Shown here: piece by piece, positions 40,201-50,500 of the stretch
How positions within the stretch are numbered: the stretch's first letter is position 1
Layout of the letters: the number at the start of each line of letters is the position of its first letter
From: Caldisericota bacterium
GTDB taxonomy: Bacteria; Caldisericota; Caldisericia; JAAYUI01
Length of the DNA stretch: 64,000 nucleotides
NCBI GenBank assembly: GCA_029548865.1
Contig: JAKPMO010000023.1
Span: 1 to 64,000 of the forward strand
Reading direction: 5' to 3'
The notes under the pieces: model-generated
What the model was told of the DNA's origin: nothing
Database searches by the model: none
What the model saw: the letters and a program-made list of their open reading frames with translations, nothing else
Program-made: the position numbers and the translations under genes

Positions 40201-40607
40201 TGTTTTCCCAGTCCGGTTCCCCTGAAGAGGTCTTCAATGTCTTTCAGCCTGCATTTTGTGTCATTTATCAGATACTCGTTTTCCCCGTCCCTGTAGCACC
40301 TTCTGATTATCTGGACGAGTGATTGTTCAATCGGATATTTTCCTTCCCTGTTATCAAGCGATATTGCAACTTCGGCCATACCGAGGGGCTTTCTTGCTCC
40401 GAAACCAGCAAAAATTATGTCGGTAGGATTTGATATCCTCAACAGCCTTGCCGTGTGCTCTCCTATCCCCCACCTTACAGCGTCGACAAGGTTGCTTTTG
40501 CCGGAGCCATTTGGGCCAACCACGGCGGTCAATCTGTGGGAAAGCCTTATTTCAACGCCTTCGGCAAAGGTCTTGAATCCTTTTATTTTTACCGACTTAA
40601 TGGACAT
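37296..40607 (-). CDS. smc: Chromosome segregation protein SMC
   Basis: GFKTF, GPNGSGKSN, QG, long coiled coils, LSGGEK, LDEVDAALD, ITH. Confidence 0.93.
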   Translation of the reverse strand: MSIKSVKIKGFKTFAEGVEIRLSHRLTAVVGPNGSGKSNLVDAVRWGIGEHTARLLRISNPTDIIFAGFGARKPLGMAEVAISLDNREGKYPIEQSLVQIIRRCYRDGENEYLINDTKCRLKDIEDLFRGTGLGKQTYSVVGQGEVEQVISATPAERLKVLEELAGVDVLRTTKRSVESKLDQAKIQMEKISAHASESEYQYENLARQAEVLEKYQVLTDRLGHLKLQLHLVDLRENVFESNSLESKSKVLELKRKETQAEIDKLEEVEDFSAKLDELEKERSAALATRESAIVNSTRATAQLEHMRASLATAQETLRNSTLEEESLKRREKQLVYDLSQLEEEIEKRSVYLAKCEKELEETEKARPELTDFKKERQNIQTKLDQSKRQADDARSRLQEMQSKLVLFTERKRQAQSRTRELEETTFPQTQDDRNLDRELEETRISRSRLEGQLASFVDNAQKIQGELMSVQAEKTQTAKEVEKLRKILDGMAFKPSKLGKPILSKTADLSGLSKEDADLARSQLDWIIASKNNLLEVAKKLPLNSGATIAIDNKTVSVSENVLDAFGKDSDIVVSRDGFICFGGTYFLQFSEKTSEAQIETQMQFSAENLDRLSEKETALETSLKEAREKQKLAQQEMAGLSKKELELSSQMAALRAKKEAEARQAEARASELAKLAESLTQYEKEMATCEKDKEDFAERLRACVEETRANGAKLSEFDATRLRTQEEQVEFERRLAGVRETKMQAQKNLEDSQREKEKLVSEFDQGKTRLLKLSESTTQAEKDARELETGIIEAERELNTAKMTILHTESIEKQIQKSKSEILEEQEKRQNQTKNVRARLARYNNDLHQIELSQVELKVRREDLLSKIAELGGKPSDPIDDCDIEETKTELSITAQKLAQYGAVNMAAKDEAVKAKERLDFLNGQLSDLAHTEANLRSSLSEVETRIKKTFEETYRSVESHFRTLADVLFAGAIGNLRRITGENGQTEGIEVEFILPGRKLKTLHALSGGEKTLAALALLFAFFKTKSSPFCVLDEVDAALDDSNIERFTRLLRNEAEQTQFVVITHNKETMRWCDALYGITLDTTGTSRVVSVKLDGVENS

Positions 40608-40615
40608 CAGAAAGC

Positions 40616-40644
40616 ATTTTAGGGCCTGGCCGCTTTTCAATCAA
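40616..40644 (-). promoter_or_regulatory. smc promoter (leaderless)
   Basis: TTGATT-17-TAAAAT-8-ATG, no SD. Confidence 0.6.
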
Positions 40645-40734
40645 TGCTTGATTAGGTTTGGCAGTTTTGGTACGATCTAGTCGTGTTTAGAACAAACATT
40701 TTCACTGTTCATTCTGTCCTCAAGGAGGGGAGCA

Positions 40735-41847
40735 GTGCCAATTTACCTTGACAATGCAGCCACCAGCTTTCCCAAGCCAAAGGGAGTACTGGATCAGGTA
40801 ACCGATTACATGAAAAATGTTGGTGGTGTACCAACGACAGGCTATGCCTGCAAGCCACATGCCAACGCAATGGAAATTGTAAATGAATGCAGAATAGCAC
40901 TTTCCAGACTCATTGCAGGATCAACCCCGGAACAGATATATCTTTGCAAATCGGCAAGTGAGGCCATTTCTGCAATTATGCGCGGTGTTGTGGAAGTTGG
41001 TGACAAGATTGCCATCAGTGATGGTGATCCGTGGCCTATTCAAGTCCCGGCAAGAGAACTGGAGCAGAAGGGTATAACTGTCGCCAGGCTTCCCTTTGAT
41101 CATGAGCTTTTTGTTAATCCCAAACATCTCGCAAAGGTTGCCCAGAAAGTAAGGGCCGTTTTTGTTTCCCATGCTTCAAACATCACTGGCACCCTTGCAC
41201 CGATGGGTGAGATATCAAAAGTATGCCAGGAAGCTGATACAATGCTTGTTCTTGATGCTTCCCACACAGTAGGCGTTTGTCCAATAAACCTGAAACATGT
41301 AAAAGCAGATGCAATAATTTTCTCAGGCCACAAGGGTCTTTATGGCCCGACAGGAACTGCGGGTGTTTATGTTTCCCCAAGGCTCTCGGAAAAATTGACA
41401 AAACTCTCGAAGACCAACCTTTCTGTCCATCAAATATTGGAAGTTGGAACACCCAACATGGCTGGATTGTATGGGCTACTGGCAGGAGCGAGATTTGTTG
41501 ATATGGAAGGTGTTGAGAAGATATGGTGTCACCATAAATTATTGAGAGAAAGTTTGGTGACTTCGCTTGAGACAGTTAAAAAAGTGAAGGTGGTTGCGCC
41601 TGAAACGTGGGATGGAATTGGTATATTGTCTTTTTCTGCAGGCGACCTTCCAATCAACACCATGGCCAGGCTGTTAGAAGAAAGATACGGGCTGGTGGTT
41701 GGAAATGGTCTCTTTGCAAATGAAGGTGCTATGAGGACACTCAATCTTTACCCGCAGGGCACGCTCAGGGCATCGGTTGGCTATTTCAATACGGTATCCG
41801 ATATGGAGTATCTTGCCACCTCACTTGCCAGAATAGTTGGAGGTTGA
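40735..41847 (+). CDS. Class V PLP aminotransferase / cysteine desulfurase-like protein (catalytic Cys absent)
   Basis: YLDNAATSFPKP, HASNITG, DASH, SGHKGLYGPTG, EVGTPN, RAS.GYFNT. Confidence 0.88.
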   Translation: MPIYLDNAATSFPKPKGVLDQVTDYMKNVGGVPTTGYACKPHANAMEIVNECRIALSRLIAGSTPEQIYLCKSASEAISAIMRGVVEVGDKIAISDGDPWPIQVPARELEQKGITVARLPFDHELFVNPKHLAKVAQKVRAVFVSHASNITGTLAPMGEISKVCQEADTMLVLDASHTVGVCPINLKHVKADAIIFSGHKGLYGPTGTAGVYVSPRLSEKLTKLSKTNLSVHQILEVGTPNMAGLYGLLAGARFVDMEGVEKIWCHHKLLRESLVTSLETVKKVKVVAPETWDGIGILSFSAGDLPINTMARLLEERYGLVVGNGLFANEGAMRTLNLYPQGTLRASVGYFNTVSDMEYLATSLARIVGG

Positions 41848-41850
41848 TCC

Positions 41851-43017
41851 GTGAAATCCATAAAAATTATATCTATGGCCACATTATTAGTAACACTGGT
41901 TTTATTTTGTGGCTGCCAGAGCGCTACGTTAATTGATACTGAGACAATGCCAAGCTGGAAGTCACCAAGAGGTGGCTTCTACAATAACTCCGGTACGATG
42001 CTTGCCCCAAAGCAACCACTCAAGGTTGTTTGGGAAACGGAAATCCCCAACCAGACACATTGCAATCCGGTAGCCGCAGGTGGAATGGTTGTTCTCTCAG
42101 ATGACAAGGGTGTTGTCTACTGCATCGATGGTGAAAATGGAAACCATGTCTGGGAAAAACAATTTTATGTTGGCCAGATAAATCCTGTAATTTCCAAAGG
42201 AAGGGTTTTGTTTGGTGACCAAAGTGGTTTTTTCTACTCATTAAACCTTGCAGATGGTAGACAGGTCTGGTCAAAAACACTTTCTTCACCAGTTGTTGGC
42301 TGGCCAACCATTGATGGTGATAGGGTTTGGGTTGTAACCAGAGATGATCTGTATTGCCTTGAAGAGGCCCAGGGAACCGAAATCTTCAAAAAAAGCTATG
42401 GAGTTCAGCTGACGCAAACCCCTTCGCTCCAGAGATATATCAACCTTGTTGCATCTGACACAATCATTGCGGTTGTTCCCGAGGATGGTAAGGAAGTATG
42501 GCGTAAGAAGCTGGAATATCCAATAATTGGTCCTGCTGTGTGTGTGAGAGACGAATTGTTAGTGACCAGCGGAAAACTTCTTAAAATAAATGCCCTCAAT
42601 GGTGAAATTGTAGAATCTTATGAATTTGATACAGGTTCGAAAGACAAAAAATATAAGGTGGACATAGTCTCCCCTCCATCTGTATATGTAAGCATGGTGG
42701 CAATTGGACTGAGCAACAACATGGTTGTTGTTGTTAGGCAGATAGATCTTAAACCAGTCTGGGGCTTTGGCACGAACAAGCCAGTGACATCAAGTGCAAT
42801 AATTACTAAGGAGTCAGCTTTTCTCGCGGCAGATGATGGCAAGTTGTATGTCATTGATGTGAAGAATGGCAACTGGCAGTGGCACAATAACTTCAAATCA
42901 CCAGTTGTTGGTGCGGCGATATTAGACACTTACCTGTTTGCTTTGTCAGAAAGTGGCATTTTGCGTCGCATGGATCAGGGTGGCGAGCCACTCACCCAGG
43001 AAGAGATGAACAAGTAA
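41851..43017 (+). CDS. PQQ-like beta-propeller lipoprotein (BamB-like repeats)
   Basis: LFCGC lipobox; repeated YCID..NG..VW / YSLN..DG..VW Trp-docking motifs. Confidence 0.88.
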   Translation: MKSIKIISMATLLVTLVLFCGCQSATLIDTETMPSWKSPRGGFYNNSGTMLAPKQPLKVVWETEIPNQTHCNPVAAGGMVVLSDDKGVVYCIDGENGNHVWEKQFYVGQINPVISKGRVLFGDQSGFFYSLNLADGRQVWSKTLSSPVVGWPTIDGDRVWVVTRDDLYCLEEAQGTEIFKKSYGVQLTQTPSLQRYINLVASDTIIAVVPEDGKEVWRKKLEYPIIGPAVCVRDELLVTSGKLLKINALNGEIVESYEFDTGSKDKKYKVDIVSPPSVYVSMVAIGLSNNMVVVVRQIDLKPVWGFGTNKPVTSSAIITKESAFLAADDGKLYVIDVKNGNWQWHNNFKSPVVGAAILDTYLFALSESGILRRMDQGGEPLTQEEMNK

Positions 43018-43020
43018 GAA

Positions 43021-44307
43021 TCAAAGCTTCCTGACAAAAGGCACTTTCAGGAACCATATAACCCCGAAAACTAATGCTATGGCCTCGCCTGTTATTGAGG
43101 CAATCGGTGTTCCAACTATTTCAGCAAATGATGTTGTAAGCAATGAGCCCACCGGGAAGAACCCTTGGAAAACAAGCGTATAAATGCTCATTACCCTTCC
43201 CCTCTTGGAGTCTTCTGAGTTTAGTTGGATGAGGGTGTTGATAGTTGCATTCTGTATCATAAAGCCCATGCCAACAAATATCAGAAGAAAAGCTGAAATG
43301 GGAAGGTATTTTGACAACGAAAACAGGAGTGCGGCCAGCGGGAAACCAATATTGCCAAGCGTAAGCATAAAACCTTTGTTTGTGCTTGTGGATTTTACGG
43401 ATGCCATCAATAGCGCACCCATCAATGCCCCAATGCCCACAAAGCTTTGTAGAAGCCCAAACCCCACTTCGCCAGCGTTAAGAACATCTTTTGCGAAAGA
43501 AGGCATCAGAGCTGAGTAGGAGAAAGCAAACAGGTTGGACACTGCTATGACCAGGATAAGCATGCTTATAGTCTTGTTTGATTTTACATAGACAAGCCCT
43601 TCAACTATCTGTTTAAATGGATGTGCCCTTGTTGGTTCGGCGATGCGATCTTCAAGCTTCATGGACATGAGTGCAAAAATGACAGCGATGAAGCTAAAAC
43701 CATTCAACGCAAAGCACCACCCAGCACCTAGCCAGGCCAGAGCCAAACCAGCCAATGATGGGCCAACAATCCTTGCGGTATTGAATATCGTTGAGTTGAG
43801 GGTGATAGCGTTCATAAGGTCTTCTCTGTCGACCATTTCTATTACAAATGACTGTCTTGCTGGCATGTCTATGGCGTTGACACATCCAAGAAGAAAAGAC
43901 AAGACAATAATGTGCCACGGCTGGATTGTTTTGAAAAACACGTCAAACGCCAGGGTGAACGCCAGAATCATTGATGCAACCTGGGTGTATATGATTACCT
44001 TGCGTTTAGGGAGCCTGTCCAGGAGAACACCTGCCCAAAGAGACACCAGAAATATTGGAATGGATGAAGCAAAACTTACGTATCCAAGATACACCTTTGA
44101 ATTTGTAATGTCATATATGAGCCAGCTTTGGGCAACGTTTTGCATCCATGTTCCGATAAGTGATACAAGTTGTCCAAAGAAAAAAAGCCTGTAGTTTCTG
44201 TGTCTAAGTGCTACAAATGTTTCACCGAGATTGATTTTAGGGAGTTTTGCCCCACTTTTTGCTGGATGGCTCGGGATGTTTTCCACAATAAGAATGAATA
44301 TCCCCAA
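43021..44307 (-). CDS. MFS transporter (DHA3-like)
   Basis: ALRHRNYRLFFFGQLVSLIGTWMQ, G.LLDRLPKR, DMPARQS, RGRVMS; start uncertain. Confidence 0.93.
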   Translation of the reverse strand: MGIFILIVENIPSHPAKSGAKLPKINLGETFVALRHRNYRLFFFGQLVSLIGTWMQNVAQSWLIYDITNSKVYLGYVSFASSIPIFLVSLWAGVLLDRLPKRKVIIYTQVASMILAFTLAFDVFFKTIQPWHIIVLSFLLGCVNAIDMPARQSFVIEMVDREDLMNAITLNSTIFNTARIVGPSLAGLALAWLGAGWCFALNGFSFIAVIFALMSMKLEDRIAEPTRAHPFKQIVEGLVYVKSNKTISMLILVIAVSNLFAFSYSALMPSFAKDVLNAGEVGFGLLQSFVGIGALMGALLMASVKSTSTNKGFMLTLGNIGFPLAALLFSLSKYLPISAFLLIFVGMGFMIQNATINTLIQLNSEDSKRGRVMSIYTLVFQGFFPVGSLLTTSFAEIVGTPIASITGEAIALVFGVIWFLKVPFVRKL

Positions 44308-44477
44308 CCTTGGGGCACGTCAAGAAATCGGGCCAATCGTGCATATTAAACAAGCGGGATTGGCCCATTAGCTAAAATGTTGTTTTTATATTTGGAAAAA
44401 ATTCACAATTGCTGGATTATGATTTTGTTGGGCCATTGTGGTTTGAAAGTTACATTGTAAAATATCGCAAGGAGGTC

Positions 44478-46778
44478 ATGATGGTGCAACAGGTTCTTGT
44501 TGTCGGTATTTCAATTGTCTTCCTCGCATTGCTATGGATATTTTTTGCTCCCAAAAAAATTCGTTCCAGTGACCGGGAAAAAGGGGGAGAGGTACACACC
44601 AAACTCATAATAACAGGGATGCATTGCACTGGTTGCGCCCTGAATATCGAAAACACCCTCAAGGACCTTGAGGGTACAAAAAACATCGGGGTCAATTTTT
44701 CAACCGGGCTTGCTGATGTTGCCTATGACCCATCGAAGGTTGCAATTGGCGACATAGTCAAATCAGTCTCTGGTATTGGATATGGTGCAAGGTTGGCCAC
44801 CGATCAGGCCTCCGCCCTCAAGCAGGCAAGGCTGGCAAAAGAATCTGATGTAAGAAAGATCAGAAATAACCTTCTCATCGGGCTTCCGTTCGCCATCTAT
44901 GTCACAGTTGGAACCATGCTCATGATGTTCTACCATTTCCCAATGTGGTTTGTCTGGACACTTGTTGCTGCCGCTGTCCCTGTAATGTTCTGGACCGGCT
45001 GGCATTTCTTCATTTCTGCCTGGAAGATTGCCCTCCACAGGCAGACAGACATGAACACCCTTGTTGCACTTGGAGTGCTTGCCTCTTTTATTTATTCGAT
45101 AGTTGCCATTATCTATCCTGGAATTGGTGAGCACCAGCTATATCTGGATGGCTCTGTTGTTATCGTAATGCTTGTTTTGCTTGGAAACTACCTCAGAGGC
45201 AGGGCCGAGTTGTCGGCCATGAAGGAGATATTTGATGTTGCATCTCTCCTGCCTGAAAAAGCCCACAGGATCAAAGATGGTGTTGTGGAGGATGTTCCAA
45301 TATCTGAGCTTGCGGCAGGCGACATTGTACAAATAAAAGCCACTGAAAGGGCACCTGCCGATTGCACCATTGTGAAAGGTTCCTCCGAATTCAACAATGC
45401 CCACATAACTGGTGAGAGCATGCCTGTGCCGGTTAGTGTTGGTGACAGTGTCTATGCTGGAGCAATCAACGGATTCGGGCTCGTGGAAGCAAAGTGCGAT
45501 AAGGTTGGCGAGAGCACTGTTCTTTCAAGGGTCATCGAGCTGATCGGTGCCGCCATACAAACAAAGCCGAAAATACAGGGGCTTGTTGACAGGATTGCCT
45601 CAATTTTTGTGCCTACCTCTATAACGATTTCAATCACGGCTTTTGTGGTGTGGTTTCTCCTTGGTTTCACAAACATTGGCATCAATTCGGCAATTTCTGT
45701 GCTTGTCATTTCCTGCCCCTGTGCGCTTGGGCTTGCCACTCCCACATCAATTTCCATAGCTTTGGGTATTTCGGCAAAATCCGGGATGCTCATCAAGAAT
45801 GCCAGGTCGCTGGAGGCGCTTGAAGAGGTCAAGGCATTTGTTTTTGACAAAACAGGCACCCTGACAGCCGGTAGACCTGAAGTGACGTCCATACACCCGG
45901 AATTGGTCTCAGAGGATGAACTGATAAAATTAACAGCGATGGCCGAGTCTGGTTCCGAACATACACTTGCTCAGGCCATAAAAAATCTTGCCATTTCAAG
46001 GAACATCCCCATAGAAACCCCGCAAAACTTTGAGGCTGTGCCTGGACTTGGCGTAAAGGCAACCTTTGCCGGCGGTGAGCTGGTTGTTGGCGGGCCAAGG
46101 ATGGTGGAAAAACTTGGGCTGAAAATTCCACTTGTATTATTGGGTACATTTAGGCCTGAAGAAGCCGCATTTTATGTGTCGCTGGATAACAAGATAATTG
46201 GTGGTTTTGGACTTTCTGATCCCTTGAGACCGGAGGCCTTCCAGGCCATGAAAGAGCTGATCGAACTGGGCATTGAGCCTGTTCTGGTTTCTGGAGACCG
46301 TAAAGAAGTTTGTGAGTCTGTGGCGTCCCAGTTAGGTATAAAGAGGGTTTATTCGCAAACTCTCCCAGAGGAAAAGGTACAGATCGTTGAAGCGCTAAGG
46401 GCCGATGGCTTTGTGGCAATGATGGGTGATGGTGTCAATGATGCTGCTGCGCTGGCGATGGCCGATGCTTCCTTTGCACCAAGACAGGGCACCGGTATGG
46501 CGCTGGACACCGCTGATGTAACCATAATGAACGAGAATTTACTGCTTGTTCCCCAGACTGTGAGACTGGCCAGGGCGACGAAGAAAAACATCCAGTGGAA
46601 CCTCTTCTGGGCCTTTATCTACAACACACTTGCCATTCCTGTTGCAGCAGGCGTTCTCTATCCAGTCGGGATACAACTAAATCCCATGATTGCCTCGGCG
46701 GCCATGGCCGCTTCATCAATAACTGTTGTCATGAATGCGCTAAGACTAAAACTGTTCAAAATTACAATTGTAAAATAA
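44478..46778 (+). CDS. copA: Cu(I)-translocating P1B ATPase
   Basis: GMHCTGC HMA domain, TGES, CPCALGLATP, DKTGT, GDGVND, YN and MAASS transmembrane ligands. Confidence 0.95.
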   Translation: MMVQQVLVVGISIVFLALLWIFFAPKKIRSSDREKGGEVHTKLIITGMHCTGCALNIENTLKDLEGTKNIGVNFSTGLADVAYDPSKVAIGDIVKSVSGIGYGARLATDQASALKQARLAKESDVRKIRNNLLIGLPFAIYVTVGTMLMMFYHFPMWFVWTLVAAAVPVMFWTGWHFFISAWKIALHRQTDMNTLVALGVLASFIYSIVAIIYPGIGEHQLYLDGSVVIVMLVLLGNYLRGRAELSAMKEIFDVASLLPEKAHRIKDGVVEDVPISELAAGDIVQIKATERAPADCTIVKGSSEFNNAHITGESMPVPVSVGDSVYAGAINGFGLVEAKCDKVGESTVLSRVIELIGAAIQTKPKIQGLVDRIASIFVPTSITISITAFVVWFLLGFTNIGINSAISVLVISCPCALGLATPTSISIALGISAKSGMLIKNARSLEALEEVKAFVFDKTGTLTAGRPEVTSIHPELVSEDELIKLTAMAESGSEHTLAQAIKNLAISRNIPIETPQNFEAVPGLGVKATFAGGELVVGGPRMVEKLGLKIPLVLLGTFRPEEAAFYVSLDNKIIGGFGLSDPLRPEAFQAMKELIELGIEPVLVSGDRKEVCESVASQLGIKRVYSQTLPEEKVQIVEALRADGFVAMMGDGVNDAAALAMADASFAPRQGTGMALDTADVTIMNENLLLVPQTVRLARATKKNIQWNLFWAFIYNTLAIPVAAGVLYPVGIQLNPMIASAAMAASSITVVMNALRLKLFKITIVK

Positions 46779-46807
46779 AAAAAGCCCCGCTTTCTTGGGG
46801 CTTTTTT
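46778..46807. terminator. Bidirectional terminator
   Basis: AAAAAAGCCCC...GGGGCTTTTTT between convergent genes. Confidence 0.85.
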
Positions 46808-46827
46808 GACTTCCATGAAAATCTTGA

Positions 46828-47496
46828 TCAGAACTCAGGTTTTTTGTCTACAGGTTCTGCTATTATCTCGAATTCACCGGACATTGTCGGAGCGGTCTTG
46901 TATGCCTCGTGCCCTTTTGCAGCCATCGGACCACCCTCTGCAGCTATCGCCCTGCCCCTTTTGTATGCAATGTTAAGTGGCTCCCTTGTTTCCGAGCCAA
47001 GAACCAGCTTCCCGGTGAATTTTATTGCATCGAGCACTTTTTCTATTTTTTCAAATTCGATGTTGTCGAGCGTTCCCTCAATGAGGACCCTGTCCAGCAG
47101 TTTGAACCTGGCTTCGTAGATGTTGTCCATTATCCTTCCAACATGGGTCAGGAACTCTTTGGGCTGGATCGGTTTCATGATGTAGTCCTGGATTCCAGCC
47201 GAGAGACCTTCGATCATCAGCATAAGGTCGTCCTTCCCTGTCAGAAGAAGAAATGGGATGTGCGAGGTACGCTGGTCTTCGACGAGTGCCCTCCTGAATT
47301 CAAAACCGTCCATCTCTGGCATGAGTATGTCGCAAATGATGAGGTCGGGGTTGCCGTTGATAAGGTCCATGAGTGCGTCCCGTGCCCTGAGGAATTGCCT
47401 TACTTCGTATCCTGCGCCCTCAAGCATCGCCGTGACAACTTCAAGCACTGGCTTTGAGTCGTCGATGACCATAATCTGGCCTTTGCCCAGCAGCAT
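46828..47496 (-). CDS. Response regulator receiver with DUF4388-like output domain
   Basis: VIDD, CDILMPEMDG, LT, KP; C-terminal EGTLDNI...TGKLVL...YKRGRAIAA...GHEA...GEF. Confidence 0.85.
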   Translation of the reverse strand: MLLGKGQIMVIDDSKPVLEVVTAMLEGAGYEVRQFLRARDALMDLINGNPDLIICDILMPEMDGFEFRRALVEDQRTSHIPFLLLTGKDDLMLMIEGLSAGIQDYIMKPIQPKEFLTHVGRIMDNIYEARFKLLDRVLIEGTLDNIEFEKIEKVLDAIKFTGKLVLGSETREPLNIAYKRGRAIAAEGGPMAAKGHEAYKTAPTMSGEFEIIAEPVDKKPEF

Positions 47497-47517
47497 TTTT
47501 GCCTCCTTATTGTGTGT

Positions 47518-50500
47518 TTACCACCAGAGATGCCATGGTTTCCTGTAGTTGATTGTAATCTTTTTTGTTTTTGCTTCGTAGGCCACTTTTGCACCCAGGA
47601 GCTCGGATGCCGCTCTGAGTGGGATAACCACTCTTCCGGACACATTTTGTGGCGGAGGATTTATCGTCACTTGCGCGCCAAAATTATAGCCTGTTTTGGA
47701 ACCCACAGTCATTTGCAGGAAGGCATTTGGTGTCCAGAATGAGGCCTCCCTCTTTGAGTTGTCCCAGCCAACATCGGCTCCAAATGCCTCTCCCAGGAAG
47801 CGGAACGGCACATAGGTGCTGTTTGAAAGGATTTGTGGCGGAACGGCCAGTTTCGTTTTCTTTCCGTTTATGTAGGCATCGGTTTTTCCAATCCAGAGCT
47901 CGAGCTTGACATCCAGTGGGCCAGTCGTGCATGATGCCGAAACCTTCTGCCCCCCTTGTGGGACAATCTCGAATTTGTATGTTACGCCAGTTGCAAGACC
48001 TGTTACCTGCAATGATGCGGTATCGGGGCCAAGCTCGGTGAGCTTCTTGCCATCCAGGGTGACTGAAAGCCCCTTAAAGGGATCACGTTGGACATTTGGA
48101 AGTTTCCAGACCAGCCTTGCTGATTTCGTTCCTGGTATCGCATGGAAATCATAAACTGATGGAGACTCTGGTCCGTCATCGGCAAAACAGAACAGTTTGC
48201 AGGTCGCAGTTTCGCCTGATGGCGAGGTGATTGTTAGCAATTCTTCACCACGTGCAAATGCGTAGACCAGAACCTCATTGTCATCAATATTTTTGACGAT
48301 TGCCGATTTGCCTGGTGTCAGTGTTGCTTTTACGGTTTCATCGGTGCTGGCAAGGATTGTCCCTGTTGTACCAACCTTTATGGGGAGCGCCGCAGGATTG
48401 ACAATCAGCGGCAGTTTTGGCAGCTGGAAGTTCTTTGAGACGACCCAAACCTGCACTTCTTGATCGCCATTGTCCATTACTCTTATGGTTGTTGCCTCAG
48501 GCCCTGTCAGGGTGAATGTGGCTTTGTTGAAATTCTGGGAAACCATCTTGCAGACCTTCTCGTCCATCGAGACGAATTTGTAGGGTGCAGTTCCATCGTT
48601 GGCTGTTATCTCGAAAGTTTCGCCAACATTTAGCTCTACAAAAGTGGGATCAACGGAAAGAAGGACTGCAGCACCTGTTGGCGACGGGAAGCTGACTTCT
48701 GGCCTCTTGTATGGTGGCAGTTCTCCACCCTTTCCGCCTGCTCCGCCTGTTGGGTTTGGCTCCTGGGCAAACGGGTTATAATTGACTGGACCAAACACTT
48801 TGAGTCCATTCCCGTTCGGGTTGCCTGTTTCATCCTTCGGCCCCGATGCATCACCAAAGTAGCAGTTTCCAAGAACGGCTTCTGTTCCCTGCATGTTGTT
48901 GTAGACTGCATAGTCGCAGTCCTGGAATGTGACACCCTGGATCTCCGGGTTGCATTTGCCGGTGAGGTAGATGCCATGGCCCCTGTCGGTGGTTTTGCAA
49001 TTCCTGATGATGCAGTCTTTTATGTAGGGTGAAGAATTTATCATGTAGAGGCCGGCACTGTTACTGTTTTCTATGGTGCAGTTGATGAATTTTACCCTTC
49101 CGTCAACACCGGCGAATGCACCAAATTTGACCGAGCCCATGCGCCTGGTTTTTCCTCCGCTGTACCTGATGACAGTGTGCTCGAAGGTGCATGCCGTTAC
49201 TGACCCTTCAAACTCGATCTCGTCAAAATCGCCAGGCATTGGTTTTGTCAGTTGCCCGTTGTTGTTTGTGTCACCAGCAATGGTGTCGTCGGAGAATGAT
49301 GTTATGTAGACAGGATTGTTTTGCGTTCCCTTGCAGGACATCGAACCGTTCACATAGAAGGCGCCCTTAACGACCTTGATGACGTTTCCGGCCGCAACAG
49401 TGAGGTTGGCCCCCTTGTCTATCGTGAAGTCGTCCTCGATGATGTACGGGAATTCAGAATCCCAGACCTTGTCTTCCCTTAGCCTACCCTTGTAGATGTG
49501 GATCCCGGCAAAACTCTCTTCCAGCTCGACACCAATGTTTTTTGCCGTGTTGCCTTGCGTTTTCAGCTCGACTTCAGGGGTGATACTGAAGAGGTGTCTG
49601 CAGCGCTGAATGAGTGAGTCAACGAGTCTTATCTTTGCGCCTGCCTCTGCAATAATTGCGAAACCATTTTGCTTGTTCATGCAGTCGAGGAGGGAGCACC
49701 TTATAAGGTCGACCTGACCACCCCTTACTTTCACTGCTTGACCAAGCGATTTCTCGATTATGGTGTCTTCAATTATCTGCTCGTTTTTTGTGTTGGTTGC
49801 CTGTCCGAGGTATATGTTTCCGTTGCCGCCCGAACCGCCATACCTTACGACGCAATTTTTCATTACAGATCTGCCAAAAGACTCGGTCAATTGTATGCCC
49901 TGGTTGTCGCCGGGGAGTGGATCCTTGGCGCCACTATCACCGTTGCTGTCGCCACCCACGCTGTCATCGTTTAATGAGGTGAAATATATTGGCTTGTCCT
50001 TTGTGCCGATTGCTATTAGCTTGCCGTCAACTCTTATCATTTCGCCGTACTTGATGATGACGCCGGGGAGGAGGTGGAGTGTCACACCTGGTTTGATGCC
50101 GACCGTTTTTGGGATGTAGTGGACAAGATCGGCGCTCCATACCGCATCTTCCTCAAGAAGCGGGCTCTCAAAATAGATGTTGTTGTATTTGTTGCCGGAG
50201 ATGGTGAGTTTTTGCGATTTTGGGTATGAGTACCCGTCGCAATATATTGCCCATTCGGAATCTGTGAGCTCACAGTTGTAGAGGATTGGCTTGCTCCTGC
50301 TCTGAAGCCAGACGCATGCCCCCAGCTTATCGTTCTTGTTGTCGGTTATCTTGCAGTTGTAGATGCTCGGGCTTGATGCCTGCATGTAAAGACCGGCAGT
50401 TTCCGAGTGTTCAACGGTGCAATTATACAGTTTGACCCTGTTGTCAACGCCGCCTGCGGCACCAAACTTCAGGATGGCATAACCGCCACCTTTTTCAGCC

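Noticed and set aside
44391..44408. Rex-like site TTTGGAAAAAATTCACAA upstream of copA
   Set aside because: Only one half matches TTGTGAA-N4-TTCACAA; plausible by chance in AT-rich DNA
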